A stretch of 56,049 bases of DNA, taken from assembly GCA_051003235.1 (NCBI GenBank), contig JBPCLN010000101.1:1-56049 (forward strand), given 5' to 3'. The position numbers were made by a program, and so were the translations under genes. The notes under the pieces are model-generated. The model was not told where the DNA came from, ran no database searches, and saw only the letters and a list, made by a program, of their open reading frames with translations. This document shows positions 1 through 10,554 of this stretch, piece after piece. This DNA comes from Chloroflexota bacterium. Its GTDB lineage: Bacteria > Chloroflexota > UBA4733. The first letter of the stretch is position 1, and each line of letters starts with the position of its first letter.

Positions 1-201
1 GTCGGCGTGCCGCCCGTCATTGGACACGCTGGCAACGCCGATGGTCACGAGTTGCCATTTGTCCTGGGTATCCACCTCCGCCGCGGCGAGGTTGCCGGTC
101 TGGTGCAAACGGGCGATCAGAGAACGGCCGACCTGGCGTTTGTCCTTCAGAGAGTGGCTGTAGGGGAGGTGAATCGTGATGCGAGCGGTGGCGACGAACA
201 T
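1..201 (-). CDS. DUF503 (YlxP-like) protein, 3' end runs off window
   Basis: Manual translation MFVATARITIHLPYSHSLKDKRQVGRSLIARL...AAAEVDTQDKWQLVTIGVASVSND matches the SLKxKR...AEV..QD.WQ pattern of DUF503; absent from the ORF track because it is truncated. Confidence 0.85.
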   Translation of the reverse strand, partial: MFVATARITIHLPYSHSLKDKRQVGRSLIARLHQTGNLAAAEVDTQDKWQLVTIGVASVSNDGRHAD

Positions 202-278
202 TGCGGCATCAGGGCCTGAATGGGGCGCCGGCTGGCCGGACGGCGCCGCGAAGCCCTCCCAGCGTACCAGATAGACCG

Positions 279-773
279 TTATTCGGCGGTCGATACCGCC
301 GATAGCGTGTTCGGCTCGGGCGAACGCCAGGCGCTGCAGAAGGCGGCGAACTGCTTGAGGGCGCCACTCTTGACGACGATTGCCTCGGGGCGCAAGATCG
401 TCGCGTACATGGTGAGCAGGGCGATGACGTCGAGTAAGGCCCGGTAACTGGAAAAGCCGGACAGGTCGATATAGATCTTGGAAAAGGGCTGGTCCAAATC
501 CAGAGCGGCACGTACGTCAAAAGCGTCAAGGACCTCAAAGTGGAGGCCAGGATGCATCTGCCGGGCGCGAGCAATACAGTCGGGGCTGACGTCGGTGCCG
601 ATCACCTCCCGGCAATACTGGGCCAACACGACCGTTGTCGTGCCCCATTCGCAGCCGATTTCCAGCACCACGTCGTCTTTACCGACGACGCTGGGGATCG
701 TCTCCCGATACTCTTTGACACCGCGCGTGGCGATATAGCGCGTCTTCAGCTTGAATTGCTGCTCATTCGCCAC
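279..773 (-). CDS. Class I SAM-dependent methyltransferase
   Basis: VLEIGCEWG motif I, acidic GTDVS motif II; GTG start at 773 chosen because upstream sequence runs into the SRP RNA region. Confidence 0.75.
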   Translation of the reverse strand: MANEQQFKLKTRYIATRGVKEYRETIPSVVGKDDVVLEIGCEWGTTTVVLAQYCREVIGTDVSPDCIARARQMHPGLHFEVLDAFDVRAALDLDQPFSKIYIDLSGFSSYRALLDVIALLTMYATILRPEAIVVKSGALKQFAAFCSAWRSPEPNTLSAVSTAE

Positions 774-854
774 GCTACCCTGCTTTCTCTGTGCTCGCAG
801 TGTACCGGGCGGCGGCAATTTGGGGCCGGCGCGGTGACGTGGTAGGCTAGAGGC

Positions 855-1126
855 GGTCGTGCTACACGGGGCGCTGGTGGTGCCTTGAACCCGCAATCCA
901 CCTTAAGGCGGGGTGGAATTCCCTCCCGAGGCCGTGAGCCTGCCGATTCTGACCGATTGGTCCGGCGTTGATGGATGGGCCCTGCGCGGCGAAGCACTAC
1001 GAACCCCGTCAGGTCGGGAACGAAGCAGCGGTAAGTAGCCCGCTTCGGGTGCCGCAGGAACGCCTAACCGGAGTCGCCCGGTTGGTTATGGCGGTTTGGT
1101 TTCCAGTCGAAGGAGGGTGCACGACC
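855..1126 (+). ncRNA. ffs: Large bacterial (Alu-domain-containing) signal recognition particle RNA
   Basis: Helix 8 signature GUCAGGUCG-GGAA-CGAAGCAGC at ~1008-1029; 5' GGUCGUGC pairs with 3' GCACGACC; 5' Alu-like GGUGCCUUGAACCCGCAAUCCACC resembling Bacillus scRNA; ~270 nt. Confidence 0.93.
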
Positions 1127-2134
1127 TCCCACCAGGCTCCCGAGGCTGATCTGCTCCCCGGCCAGGCAGACAAAACCGACAATGACGATCGGCGCGACCA
1201 TCGTCGCCCACAGCACCCAGGAAAAGCTGAAGGCGACCGGTTCACTGACGTGGCTGATCTGCGTCAGCACGGCGATCGCCACGGCCTGGAAGACGCCGAT
1301 GAAGGCCGGCCCGGAGGGCACAATGCTGCCGAAGTTGACGAGAATCATGAGCAAGAGCGCATCGTGCAAGGGGATCGGCCGGCCAATCACCGCTTGAATC
1401 GGCCCGGCGAAGGCAGCCAGTACACAGAGGTAGACACCAAGCTCGATCGCCCAGATTAGACCCGACAGCACAGCCACGGCCACGGCGTCGATCGGGCTGC
1501 GCAGCAGGTGGAGACCACTGTCAAAGCGATCGACCAGGATGGCAACCTTTTCGGCCAGGGCGGCGGGTAAGGGCCGGCTGCAATAGGCAACGATCCGCCG
1601 CGCGGTGGCGCGGCGATAAGCCAGCAGGGCGAGGAACACCGCGGCCCCCAAAAACAGCAGCGCCGACAGGTCGCCGGCGCGCTTTACCCAGATCGGGAAG
1701 GGATAGAATAGCGAGATCACGGCCAGCGCGAGTACCAGGGTCAGGCCGTCACAGAGGCGCTCCATGACGATTGTGGCAAACGCCGTGGTGACGGAAACAT
1801 TCTCCTTACGACCGAGCGTGTAGGCCCGCACCAGTTCCCCGAGCCGGAATGGCAAGACGTTGTTGGCCATGAAGCCAATTGCTTCCACCTCGCTCAAATG
1901 CAAGACCGGTATGCGTCGCACCCCGGCCAGTAAACGCCCCCAGCGCATACCGCGCGGTAGGAACGTGACGAGGTACAACAGGCCCCCGGCAAACAGCCAG
2001 CGTACGTCGGCGGCGTGAATCGCTTGGCCGGCCGCCGGCAAATTTTGCGCCTTCCGGACGATCAGGACGAGCAACACGCCGCTGACCAGCAGGCCAAACG
2101 ATTGGCCTAGCGACCGGAGGATACGCCCTGTGAT
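1064..2134 (-). CDS. Lysylphosphatidylglycerol synthase TM-domain (UPF0104, flippase-like) membrane protein
   Basis: RxxRW, GFMANNVLPFRLGELVR, ERLCD and PSGPAFIGVF motifs; multiple TM helices; start uncertain. Confidence 0.85.
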   Translation of the reverse strand: MTGRILRSLGQSFGLLVSGVLLVLIVRKAQNLPAAGQAIHAADVRWLFAGGLLYLVTFLPRGMRWGRLLAGVRRIPVLHLSEVEAIGFMANNVLPFRLGELVRAYTLGRKENVSVTTAFATIVMERLCDGLTLVLALAVISLFYPFPIWVKRAGDLSALLFLGAAVFLALLAYRRATARRIVAYCSRPLPAALAEKVAILVDRFDSGLHLLRSPIDAVAVAVLSGLIWAIELGVYLCVLAAFAGPIQAVIGRPIPLHDALLLMILVNFGSIVPSGPAFIGVFQAVAIAVLTQISHVSEPVAFSFSWVLWATMVAPIVIVGFVCLAGEQISLGSLVGGRAPSFDWKPNRHNQPGDSG

Positions 2135-2226
2135 TGGCTTACCGCCTGTCTGCCGGCTACCGTTGGGTGCAGGAGTTGCGTCTACTCGCTCGGACGGGGC
2201 GCGTCGCCTGCCACTACAATGGTTAA

Positions 2227-3228
2227 GTGTACCGACCAACGACGAAGGGAGCCGGCGTGGTGTATTCCGTCGTCGCGCCCGTTTTCAACGAAGCCGCCAC
2301 GCTCCCCCACTTTTATCAGCGAGTAAGCGCCGTTCTGGAGCGCCTCGGTGAACCCTACGAGATCATTCTCATCGATGACGGCAGCCGTGATACCTCGTTC
2401 GAGCTGATGCGCTGCCTCCATGCCGAAGACCCGCGCGTCAAAGTCTTGAGCTTCTCGCGCAACTTCGGCCATCAGATCGCCATCAGTGCCGGCATCGACG
2501 CCGCGGGCGGGGATGCCGTAATCGTCATCGACTCCGACCTGCAGGACCCGCCGGAAGTGATTATCGACCTGGTGGCGGCCTGGAAGCGCGGCTATGAAGT
2601 GGTGTATGCCGTGCGATCCGCCCGCAAAGGCGAAACCAGATTTAAACTGGCGACGGCCAAAGTCTTCTACCATCTGCTGTCGCGCATTGCTGCGGTTGAC
2701 ATCCCGCACGACACCGGCGACTTCCGCCTCATGGATCGCCGGGCGGCCCTGGCCATGCGCAGCCTCCGGGAGCACCATCGCTTTATGCGCGGCCTCTCCT
2801 CCTGGATCGGCTACCGTCAGACCGGCGTCCCCTACGTCCGGCAGGAGCGATTCGCCGGCAGCACCAGCTATCCATTGCGCAAGATGGTGAAGCTGGCGAT
2901 CGACGCGATGACGAGCTTTTCCTACTTGCCGTTGCAACTGGCCACTACCTTTGGCTTTGCCACCGCCGGGCTCAGTGTGCTGGGCATCCTGCTGACGATC
3001 ATCCTGCGGCTGACCAACCGCACTGTCGCCGGCCAGGCGACGACCCTGGTTGCGGTGCTGTTCCTGGGCGGCATTCAGCTCATTTTCCTCGGTGTGATTG
3101 GTGAGTATCTGGGCCGAATTTACGACGAAGTGAAAGGTCGCCCTCTGTATTTGCTGCGTGAGGCGCTGGGGTTTGACGGGGATGGGTCGGATCGGCGATC
3201 GGGGCCGGAGTCCGATTCGCGTTGTTAA
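2227..3228 (+). CDS. GT2 polyprenol-phosphate glycosyltransferase (GtrB/ArnC/YkoT-like)
   Basis: [36 protein letters not shown], two C-terminal TMs, [17 protein letters not shown]. Confidence 0.93.
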   Translation: MYRPTTKGAGVVYSVVAPVFNEAATLPHFYQRVSAVLERLGEPYEIILIDDGSRDTSFELMRCLHAEDPRVKVLSFSRNFGHQIAISAGIDAAGGDAVIVIDSDLQDPPEVIIDLVAAWKRGYEVVYAVRSARKGETRFKLATAKVFYHLLSRIAAVDIPHDTGDFRLMDRRAALAMRSLREHHRFMRGLSSWIGYRQTGVPYVRQERFAGSTSYPLRKMVKLAIDAMTSFSYLPLQLATTFGFATAGLSVLGILLTIILRLTNRTVAGQATTLVAVLFLGGIQLIFLGVIGEYLGRIYDEVKGRPLYLLREALGFDGDGSDRRSGPESDSRC

Positions 3229-4517
3229 GCCCGAACGGCGCTGCGCACATCCTCCAGCACCATGTTCGCCACCCGCTCCGCCAGGGCAATGCTGTAGTTC
3301 TGCCCGCGATCCTGGGGATAGATCTGAAACATGTTCGCCATATAGAAATCGGGTACGGGCGTACGATTCGGCGGCAGGCGCTCGACAAAGCCGGCAGTAA
3401 CGATAGGCTGGGCGTAGGGCGCTTTGAACACGTGGGCGGCCTGCACCCAACTCGGATCGAACGCCGGATTGAGGCGGGGCAGGGCGGCGGTGAATGCCGT
3501 CACCACGGCCTCGTCGGTCTGCCGAAAAACTGGATCATCCTGGGGCAGGTAGTTGCCAAGATACACCAGGTGTTTGCCGCCATAATCGCTCGGCGGCAAG
3601 AGGTTGGTGTGCTCCACGACCGCCAGGAAAGGGAAACCAGGGTCGTTGATGCAGAGCCAGTACGGACGCATCAACTGGCGGTCCAGTTCCAGCACCACAC
3701 AATGGGCGGCATAGGCGAGACCCTGATCGTACTGCTGGCGAAACGCTGCCGGCAGGTCGGGGACGAGCTGGAGGGTCAACCGCGTCGGCGCCGTGGAGAC
3801 CACCACGTCGAACACCGCCTGCCGAGCGTTGGTCTCCAGGGTGAAGCCGCCGCCGCTCTGGGGGACGATACTGCGCACGGTCTCCCCGAAGTGCAACCGG
3901 CCATGGCGCTGCTGAATCGCTCCCACCAGGCGTTCATAGAGCAGTTGAAAGCCGCCGCGCACATAGCCCAGCTTCGCTGTCCGGTAATGCAGTCGGGCCC
4001 ACATCCAGGACATGAGAATGTCATCGGCGTGGACGCCGAATTTGGCGCGGAGCAGCGGCTCCCACACCACACGGTACGGTTCGGCGCCCATCCAACGGCG
4101 CAGCCAGGCACTGGCGGTGTGGCGCTCCAGTCGGTGGTAGTTGCGCTCTACCTTCAGGTAGGCGGTTGCCGCCCCCAGGCGTAGGCGGTTCGGCAACGCC
4201 AGCGGCGGGAAGCGGAGCACCGCACCGACGGAATCCATCGGGTACATGCCGCCATGGTACAGGATGCTCGATTCGGGCCGCAGCCAGAGCAAGCGATCGC
4301 CCAGACCCAACTCCTGAATCAGATTGATGGCGGACCGGTCAGTGCCAAAGAGATGGTGGTAGAACTTCTCGACATAAGCCCCGCCCACGCGGAAGCCGGC
4401 CGCAAGGCCGCCCGGCTCACTGCCGCGCTCGAAGACCTCTACCGATTGCCCGGCCTGTACCAACCGGTAGGCGAGCGTCAGGCCGAGCGCGCCGGCGCCG
4501 AGGATGGCGGTGGTCAT
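3225..4517 (-). CDS. NAD(P)/FAD-dependent oxidoreductase (amine oxidase/protoporphyrinogen oxidase-like)
   Basis: N-terminal GAGALG dinucleotide fold, [20 protein letters not shown]. Confidence 0.85.
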   Translation of the reverse strand: MTTAILGAGALGLTLAYRLVQAGQSVEVFERGSEPGGLAAGFRVGGAYVEKFYHHLFGTDRSAINLIQELGLGDRLLWLRPESSILYHGGMYPMDSVGAVLRFPPLALPNRLRLGAATAYLKVERNYHRLERHTASAWLRRWMGAEPYRVVWEPLLRAKFGVHADDILMSWMWARLHYRTAKLGYVRGGFQLLYERLVGAIQQRHGRLHFGETVRSIVPQSGGGFTLETNARQAVFDVVVSTAPTRLTLQLVPDLPAAFRQQYDQGLAYAAHCVVLELDRQLMRPYWLCINDPGFPFLAVVEHTNLLPPSDYGGKHLVYLGNYLPQDDPVFRQTDEAVVTAFTAALPRLNPAFDPSWVQAAHVFKAPYAQPIVTAGFVERLPPNRTPVPDFYMANMFQIYPQDRGQNYSIALAERVANMVLEDVRSAVRA

Positions 4518-4598
4518 GCTGGGCGATGCGTCTTCATTGCGCCATGGTACCGTAGCGTCCGTTTCATAGCGCGGCGCAAGGGAAAAGGGCGGTACCGA

Positions 4599-5294
4599 AT
4601 GACGAAAGGCCTCCGCGAGGCCGCTGCTGCGCAGCGACCGTCCGCGACCACGACGCACGTCTTCCTCTTGCGTCACGGACAGACAGAAGGGAATCGCCTT
4701 GGACAACTGCTCGGCGTCACCGATCTGTCGCTCAACGCCACGGGCCAGGAGCAGGCGCGGTTACTGGGGAAATGGCTGGCGGGCCAGGAGCGGATCGACG
4801 GCGTCTATTCCAGCGCCATGGCCCGCGCTGTCGAGACCGCTGCCATCGTCTGCCGCGAACTCGGGCGCTTGGAGCCGCATCTGGTCGATGCGGACCTTGG
4901 CGAAATGAATTTTGGCCAAGCGGAGGGCGTCCCGGTGGCGGAGATCGGCGTCCACTTTCCCCACCTTGCCGAGTACGTAGATCGCACCCTCGCGGAGCAC
5001 CCCGACTGGCAGTGGCCCGGCGGTGACTTTCGCATCGCCTACTACCAACGCGCTGTGGACACCGTCAACCGGCTCGCCGCGCAGCATGTCGGGCAGACGG
5101 TTGCCCTGGTCACGCACGGCGGCGTCATTACCGGCTACCTGCATTGGATCAGCCGCCAAATCCTGGGCTTCTCCGTCGATTTTCACGTGGAAAATTGCAG
5201 CATCACCGAGCTCGACTGGCAACCGGACACCGTCACCGTGGTCCGCGCCGGGGAACGGCCCTGGCTTCAGGCGCCGAGCGACAATTCTGACTGA
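4599..5294 (+). CDS. Histidine phosphatase family protein
   Basis: LLRHGQTEGN, RAVET, GEMNFG, VTHGG motifs. Confidence 0.9.
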   Translation: MTKGLREAAAAQRPSATTTHVFLLRHGQTEGNRLGQLLGVTDLSLNATGQEQARLLGKWLAGQERIDGVYSSAMARAVETAAIVCRELGRLEPHLVDADLGEMNFGQAEGVPVAEIGVHFPHLAEYVDRTLAEHPDWQWPGGDFRIAYYQRAVDTVNRLAAQHVGQTVALVTHGGVITGYLHWISRQILGFSVDFHVENCSITELDWQPDTVTVVRAGERPWLQAPSDNSD

Positions 5295-6565
5295 ATCGTG
5301 CGCTGCGCGGCCGCACTGGCCTCCGTCAGCGCTTGTTGCGGCGTCACCTGGCCGTTCATGGCCTTCTGCACGTCCAGTTGCAGGCCGGAGGCGACTTCCG
5401 GTTCCCAGATGGCGTCCTGCGGGGTTCGCGCGACTTTGAGCGCTTCCAGCATCACCTGGGCATCGGCGTCGCTCGCGATGGCGGACGACTGCTGGGCGGC
5501 GAGCGTGGCAGGAATAATCCCGCCGGTGAAGACAGCGCTTTGCGCGTCGGCGTTCGTTGCCAACCATTTCAAGAACTGCCACGTCCCTTCCGGTTGCGGT
5601 GCGGTGGCTTGTTGAGGCGAAAACGCATAGATGGCGTCGACTGCCGTCGCAGGCTGGCCGCCGTCAAGCGTGGGGAGGGTGGTCAGGTGCATAGGGACCT
5701 GGGGCGCCTGGCTTTTCAGGCGGTGGAACCCGCTATACGACACCGGCAACATGCCGAGCTTACCGTGCGTGAAGACCCCGTTCAGGCCTTCCGTCAAGGT
5801 GGTCAAGGTGACGAGCCGGCCGATCTCGGCAGCGCCGCCGTTCGTTTGCTGGCCGGCGAGGAGCCAGTTCATGCCCTTAAGGCCGGCGGCGTTATTGAAC
5901 GCCGGTGTCTTGAAGTCGGCCGACAAGAGGTTCGCTCCTTGCTGCCAGAGCCAGATTGAAAAGGGAACACTCTGGTCAATAATGGCGCCCGTCTGGAGCA
6001 GGTGGCCTTGCGCATCACGCTTGAGCAGGGCGGTACAGGCCGCCAGAAAGGCGGAGACGGACCAGTATGGCGCCGGCTGCACGTTGACCTCCATCAGCAG
6101 TTTTGCATTGTAGGCAAGCACGTTGGCGTCCGCGCCGATGGGTAGCCCCCAGAGGTCGTTTTTGAGCGTACCGCCCGACCAGAAACCGGCACTGAAAACG
6201 TCGCCGGTGAGACCGTCGCGCCGAGCGAAATCGGTCAGTGGGAAGGCGACCCCGCGGCTCACCAGACCCCAGGCGCGCGAGCGCGGATAGATGACGACGT
6301 TCGGCGCATCATGGGCCCCGATCACGACCAGCAACTTTACGGACAGATCGGGTTGCGGCTGGGCCACGACCGCCACCGCCGGCTTGGTGGCATTGTAGCG
6401 AGCGATCAGGGCGGTGATAGTCGAGGCGATGGACAGTCCGGTTTCGTACCAGACGACAATCGGCTCCGGTCCACCACCACTGCCGCTATTTGGGACCCCA
6501 CAGCCGGTCAGCGTCAAAGCACCGGCACTGAGGAGGGCCTGGCGGCGGGTGAGGCGGATGCGCAT
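5267..6565 (-). CDS. ABC sugar-type extracellular solute-binding lipoprotein
   Basis: TRRQAL Tat-like motif, LTGC lipobox, LWGLP, LAYN, WQFLKWL; RBS AAGGAG upstream. Confidence 0.85.
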   Translation of the reverse strand: MRIRLTRRQALLSAGALTLTGCGVPNSGSGGGPEPIVVWYETGLSIASTITALIARYNATKPAVAVVAQPQPDLSVKLLVVIGAHDAPNVVIYPRSRAWGLVSRGVAFPLTDFARRDGLTGDVFSAGFWSGGTLKNDLWGLPIGADANVLAYNAKLLMEVNVQPAPYWSVSAFLAACTALLKRDAQGHLLQTGAIIDQSVPFSIWLWQQGANLLSADFKTPAFNNAAGLKGMNWLLAGQQTNGGAAEIGRLVTLTTLTEGLNGVFTHGKLGMLPVSYSGFHRLKSQAPQVPMHLTTLPTLDGGQPATAVDAIYAFSPQQATAPQPEGTWQFLKWLATNADAQSAVFTGGIIPATLAAQQSSAIASDADAQVMLEALKVARTPQDAIWEPEVASGLQLDVQKAMNGQVTPQQALTEASAAAQRTIQSELSLGA

Positions 6566-6762
6566 CCTTCTCCTTTTTGCCTGCTGCCACACGGTGGGCG
6601 CCGGCCCAACACGGCGCACTGGCCGGAGCTTTTGACTTCGTGCCGACACGGCCATGCATGCCCTGCCATCCATGATAGGGTATCGTGGGCGCCCGAGCAG
6701 CAAAGGTGGGCGCAAATTTGGGCGGGGTGCACATGATGGCAACGCCGCCAGGGGGAGAGCGC

Positions 6763-7530
6763 ATGATTCGATTATCAGCCTGCGTTGAAATGATTTATCG
6801 CGACCTACCGATGGTCGAACGCATCGCGCACGTCGCGGCCATGGGCCTGCCGGCGTTTGAATTCTGGAGCTGGGTCAATAAGGACCTACCGGAGATTGCC
6901 AGGGCGAAGGCGGAACACCGCCTGGCTGTTTCCAGCTTCGCCTACGCCAGTCCTGGCGCGATTGTCGATCCAGCAAACCATGCCGCCTTCCTGAAGCATT
7001 TCGACGGCGTCCTCACGGCCGCCGACACGCTGGATTGCCGAACCGTAATCGTGACTGTTGGCCAGCAACTCCCGGCGGTGGGACGGGCCGATCAGCACGC
7101 AGCGATCGTGGACGCCTTGCGGGCGCTAGCGCCACGCGCGCAGCAAAACGGCATCAGTATCGTCGTAGAGCCGCTTAACACTCTGATCAACCACAAGGGC
7201 TATTACCTATCAACGTCGGAGGAGAGCTTTCAGATCATCGACGAAGTAGGGAGTCCGGCGATTTCCATTCTCTTCGACGTCTATCATCAACAAATCACCG
7301 AAGGCAATCTGATCAACAATATCACCACCTATTTCCAGAAGATCGGCCACTTCCATATTGCCGATAACCCTGGGCGCAACGAACCCGGCACCGGCGAAAT
7401 CAACTATGCCAATGTGCTACGCACCATTGACAGTCTCGGCTACAGCGGCTATATCGGCCTGGAATACCGACCGAAAGCCGATGCCGACGCCGCACTACAG
7501 GCGACCAAAGTCATTGCCGGCATGGCCTGA
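6763..7530 (+). CDS. hyi: Hydroxypyruvate isomerase family TIM-barrel protein
   Basis: FEFW, EPLN, FDVYHQQITEGN, HFHIADNPGRNEPGTGEINY, GLEY. Confidence 0.85.
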   Translation: MIRLSACVEMIYRDLPMVERIAHVAAMGLPAFEFWSWVNKDLPEIARAKAEHRLAVSSFAYASPGAIVDPANHAAFLKHFDGVLTAADTLDCRTVIVTVGQQLPAVGRADQHAAIVDALRALAPRAQQNGISIVVEPLNTLINHKGYYLSTSEESFQIIDEVGSPAISILFDVYHQQITEGNLINNITTYFQKIGHFHIADNPGRNEPGTGEINYANVLRTIDSLGYSGYIGLEYRPKADADAALQATKVIAGMA

Positions 7531-7710
7531 GGCGCCCGGTCCTCTCGCTGGTTAGGCGGTGATCCATAGGGTCGCGGAAACCGTACTATCGTTGTGAGGA
7601 CCGGCGAGCGAAATGCTCTCGGACCGGATCGGCCAGTGTGTACCGATTGAAACCATCCGATCAGTCGGTATCCTTGCCGCCGGCGCAGAAGTAGAAACGG
7701 CGTGGCGGCG

Positions 7711-8397
7711 ATGCAGCACGATGAAGCAGCGGAGCTGCTGGCGAGCTACGCGCTCGAAGCCTTGTCGGAAGACGAGCAGGCGGCGGTGACGGAGCACGTC
7801 GCTCGGTGCCCGACGTGTACTGCGCAACTGGCAGCGTACCGCGCCGTCATCAGCGTGCTGCCGCTCGCCCTGGAACCGGTCGCGCCACCCAGGGAGTTGC
7901 GGCGTCGCGTCCTCGCTGCGGCAGTTTCCGGGGACGCCGGCGCCCACGGGCAGCAACGACCGCGGGTACTTTTCTTCAGGCAGAGTGCCGCCGGCTGGCT
8001 CACCGCTGCGGCGCTCTTGCTGGCGGCAGCCGGTTTAGGTGGCTGGGGAGTGGCCGAACATGCGCAGTTGCAGGGCGCTCCCCAAATCGCTCTGGTGGCG
8101 GCAAACCCTGGAACGGCCGCCAGTGGAACGGTGACATACTTGCCCGGCCGTGCCCCGGCGGTCTACGTCGCGCACCTGCCTATGCCGCCCCAGAATCGAG
8201 TGTACGAAGCCTGGGTCATACACGCCGGCCGGCCGCAGGCCGCCGGCATCTTTGTGACGTCGCCGGACGGAACGGGCGGCGTGGTGCTCACCGCTGCGCC
8301 TGCATCGGGCGATAAGGTGGCCATTACGCTCGAGGCGGCGCCGGGCGGTGCGGTTCCCGCCGGTCCGACCGTCCTCAGCGGAGCCCTCACGACCTGA
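7711..8397 (+). CDS. Anti-sigma factor, RskA-like (zf-HC2, TM, extracytoplasmic RskA domain)
   Basis: YALEAL, HVARCPTC, central TM, VYEAW and AITLE..GG..P.GP. Confidence 0.85.
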   Translation: MQHDEAAELLASYALEALSEDEQAAVTEHVARCPTCTAQLAAYRAVISVLPLALEPVAPPRELRRRVLAAAVSGDAGAHGQQRPRVLFFRQSAAGWLTAAALLLAAAGLGGWGVAEHAQLQGAPQIALVAANPGTAASGTVTYLPGRAPAVYVAHLPMPPQNRVYEAWVIHAGRPQAAGIFVTSPDGTGGVVLTAAPASGDKVAITLEAAPGGAVPAGPTVLSGALTT

Positions 8398-8514
8398 GCA
8401 TCGGCGCCCTCTCCTTACTCCGGCTTGCCCCAGACTAGCGGTATGCCGTTACACTTCATCTTACCGTTACCGATTACGCGTACATGACCGTTACTGCTGA
8501 CGTTTGGGTCGCCG

Positions 8515-8520
8515 TATAAT
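8515..8520 (+). promoter_or_regulatory. Putative -10 box (TATAAT) for the DUF4446-selA operon
   Basis: Perfect TATAAT in GC-rich intergenic DNA, preceded by CCGTTAC direct repeats; no clear -35. Confidence 0.4.
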
Positions 8521-8657
8521 GCTGACAGGCAAGCGGACCCTGGTGACTTGAACGCTGTGCAGGCGCGCCGAGATGCGCCATAGTCCGGACCGGTGACGGG
8601 TCAATGCGTATACTCGGAACCGCGGGCCGTGTGTCAGGTGCGACGGGATGGGGAGCA

Positions 8658-9170
8658 GTGGTAGCAAGTCAATCGGTCCTGGTCGGCCTGACGGCCGCCG
8701 TGGCGATCGCCTTACTGTTTGCATTGTGCTCCCTGGGTACCGTCCTCCGGCTGTGGCGCGAGGTGATGCAAGTGCGACACGCCTCCAAAGCGTTCGGCAA
8801 TGGCGGTCTCCACGGTCTTGATCAGGTGCTGCGCGAGCAGGAATTGCAGCTACGCCAGGCCGAAGATCGCGTAACGGAACTGGAACGGCGGCTCGGTCAG
8901 GCCGAACTGCGGCTCGCCGGAGCAATTCAGCACGTCAGCGTGGTACGGTTCAATCCGTTCCGCGACGCCGGTGGCGAGCAGAGCTTCGTGATCGCCTTGC
9001 TGGACGATGGCGGTACCGGCATACTGGTGACCGGAATTCATTCCCGAGCGGAAACGCGGATCTACGCGAAGCCGGTGGTCGCCGGCAATTCGCAATATCC
9101 ATTGTCGGAAGAAGAGGTCTCCGCCATGCGATCAGCGGTCGCCACGCCGCTCGGAGTAAGCGGCCGGTAA
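8658..9170 (+). CDS. DUF4446 family membrane-anchored protein
   Basis: N-terminal TM, coiled coil, VVRFNPFRDAGGEQSF..ALLD and RIYAKP motifs. Confidence 0.85.
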   Translation: MVASQSVLVGLTAAVAIALLFALCSLGTVLRLWREVMQVRHASKAFGNGGLHGLDQVLREQELQLRQAEDRVTELERRLGQAELRLAGAIQHVSVVRFNPFRDAGGEQSFVIALLDDGGTGILVTGIHSRAETRIYAKPVVAGNSQYPLSEEEVSAMRSAVATPLGVSGR

Positions 9171-10534
9171 TGGCGGACTACCGCGACCTCCCGTCGGTGG
9201 ACGCCCTATTGCGACATCCCGGCGTGGCCGCGGATAGTGGCGCGCCCGATCAGGGGCGGCGCGTTGCCGCGGCCCGGCAGGTGCTGACGGCGGCGCGCGC
9301 CGCCATTGCCAATGGGCAGCCGGCGCCTTCGACCGCGATACTTGCCGCTCGCCTCTTGGCGCTCGTCGCCGCGGAACGCCAGCCGCACCTGCGACCGGTG
9401 ATCAATGCTAGCGGCGTCATCTTGCAGACGAACCTGGGTCGTGCCCCCCTCTCCTCAGCAGCGCAGGACGCCATCGCCCTTGTTGCTTCCGGTTACAGCA
9501 ACCTGGAGTACGATTTGGCGCTCGGGCAACGCGGTAGCCGACTGGCCGGTATCAGCGGCCTCATAGCGGAGTTGACTGGCGCGGCTGGCGGCATGGTCGT
9601 CAACAACAATGCCGCAGCGGTCTTGCTCGCCCTGGCGGGAATCGCCGCCGGTAAGGAGGTCCTGGTTTCCCGCGGTCAGCTTGTGGAAATCGGCGGCGGC
9701 TTCCGCATCCCAGACGTCCTTCGGCAGAGCGGCGCACGGCTGGTGGAGGTGGGCGCCACGAACCGGACTTATGCGCGTGATTACGAGTCGGCGGTGACGG
9801 CTGAGACCGCCGCCATTTTACGCGTGCATCCCAGCAACTTCGTGCAGCAGGGTTTCGTCCACCAACCCGAACTAACTGAGCTTGCCGCCCTTTGCCGAGA
9901 CCGCAACATCCTGCTGATCGACGATCTTGGCAGCGGCGCTCTATTCGATACTTCAAGGTTCGGTCTGGCTCATGAGCCGACCGTGCAGGAAAGCCTGGCG
10001 GCCGGCGCCGACCTGGTCTGCTTCTCCGGCGATAAGCTGCTGGGCGGCCCTCAAGCCGGGATTCTCGCCGGGAAGGCCGGCCTGCTCCAGGAACTGTCCC
10101 GGCATCCGCTTGCCCGCGCCCTGCGCCTGGATAAGCTGAGCCTGGCCGCCCTGGAGGCAACGCTGCGCCATTATCTCCTCGGCGAGGCGGAGGAATGGGT
10201 GCCCGTGTGGCGCATGATTCGCTGCCGTCCAGAGGAACTCGACGGTAAGGCCGCCGCCTGGGTCGAGCAGTTGCAGATGGCCGGCATTCCAGCGAGCGTC
10301 GTCGCCGGAGAATCCACCGTCGGCGGCGGCTCTTTGCCGGGGGAGACGCTGCCGACATCACTCGTTGCCCTCGCTGCGGCGAACGTGGAAGCGCTGGCCC
10401 GCCGCCTCCGTACCGGCGACCCCAGTGTCGTCGGTCGCATCCAACGCGGCACGCTGCTCCTCGACCCGCGTACGGTCGCCGCCTCAGAGGAGGACGCTCT
10501 ACTGGCGCGTGTCATCACCGCCTGGCCGGAGTGA
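9170..10534 (+). CDS. selA: L-seryl-tRNA(Sec) selenium transferase
   Basis: VINASGVILQTNLGRA, VNNNAAA, SRGQLVEIGGGFRIPD, EVGATNRT, FSGDKLLGGPQAG (PLP lysine), GGGSLP. Confidence 0.96.
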   Translation: MADYRDLPSVDALLRHPGVAADSGAPDQGRRVAAARQVLTAARAAIANGQPAPSTAILAARLLALVAAERQPHLRPVINASGVILQTNLGRAPLSSAAQDAIALVASGYSNLEYDLALGQRGSRLAGISGLIAELTGAAGGMVVNNNAAAVLLALAGIAAGKEVLVSRGQLVEIGGGFRIPDVLRQSGARLVEVGATNRTYARDYESAVTAETAAILRVHPSNFVQQGFVHQPELTELAALCRDRNILLIDDLGSGALFDTSRFGLAHEPTVQESLAAGADLVCFSGDKLLGGPQAGILAGKAGLLQELSRHPLARALRLDKLSLAALEATLRHYLLGEAEEWVPVWRMIRCRPEELDGKAAAWVEQLQMAGIPASVVAGESTVGGGSLPGETLPTSLVALAAANVEALARRLRTGDPSVVGRIQRGTLLLDPRTVAASEEDALLARVITAWPE

Positions 10535-10554
10535 CGTGCCGGTGGCCTGACCGC

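Noticed and set aside
8398-8660. tRNA-Sec (selC) or SECIS-containing selenoprotein near selA
   Set aside because: No cloverleaf with a UCA anticodon found, and no in-frame TGA in a recognisable selenoprotein; the only functional internal TGA is the prfB frameshift
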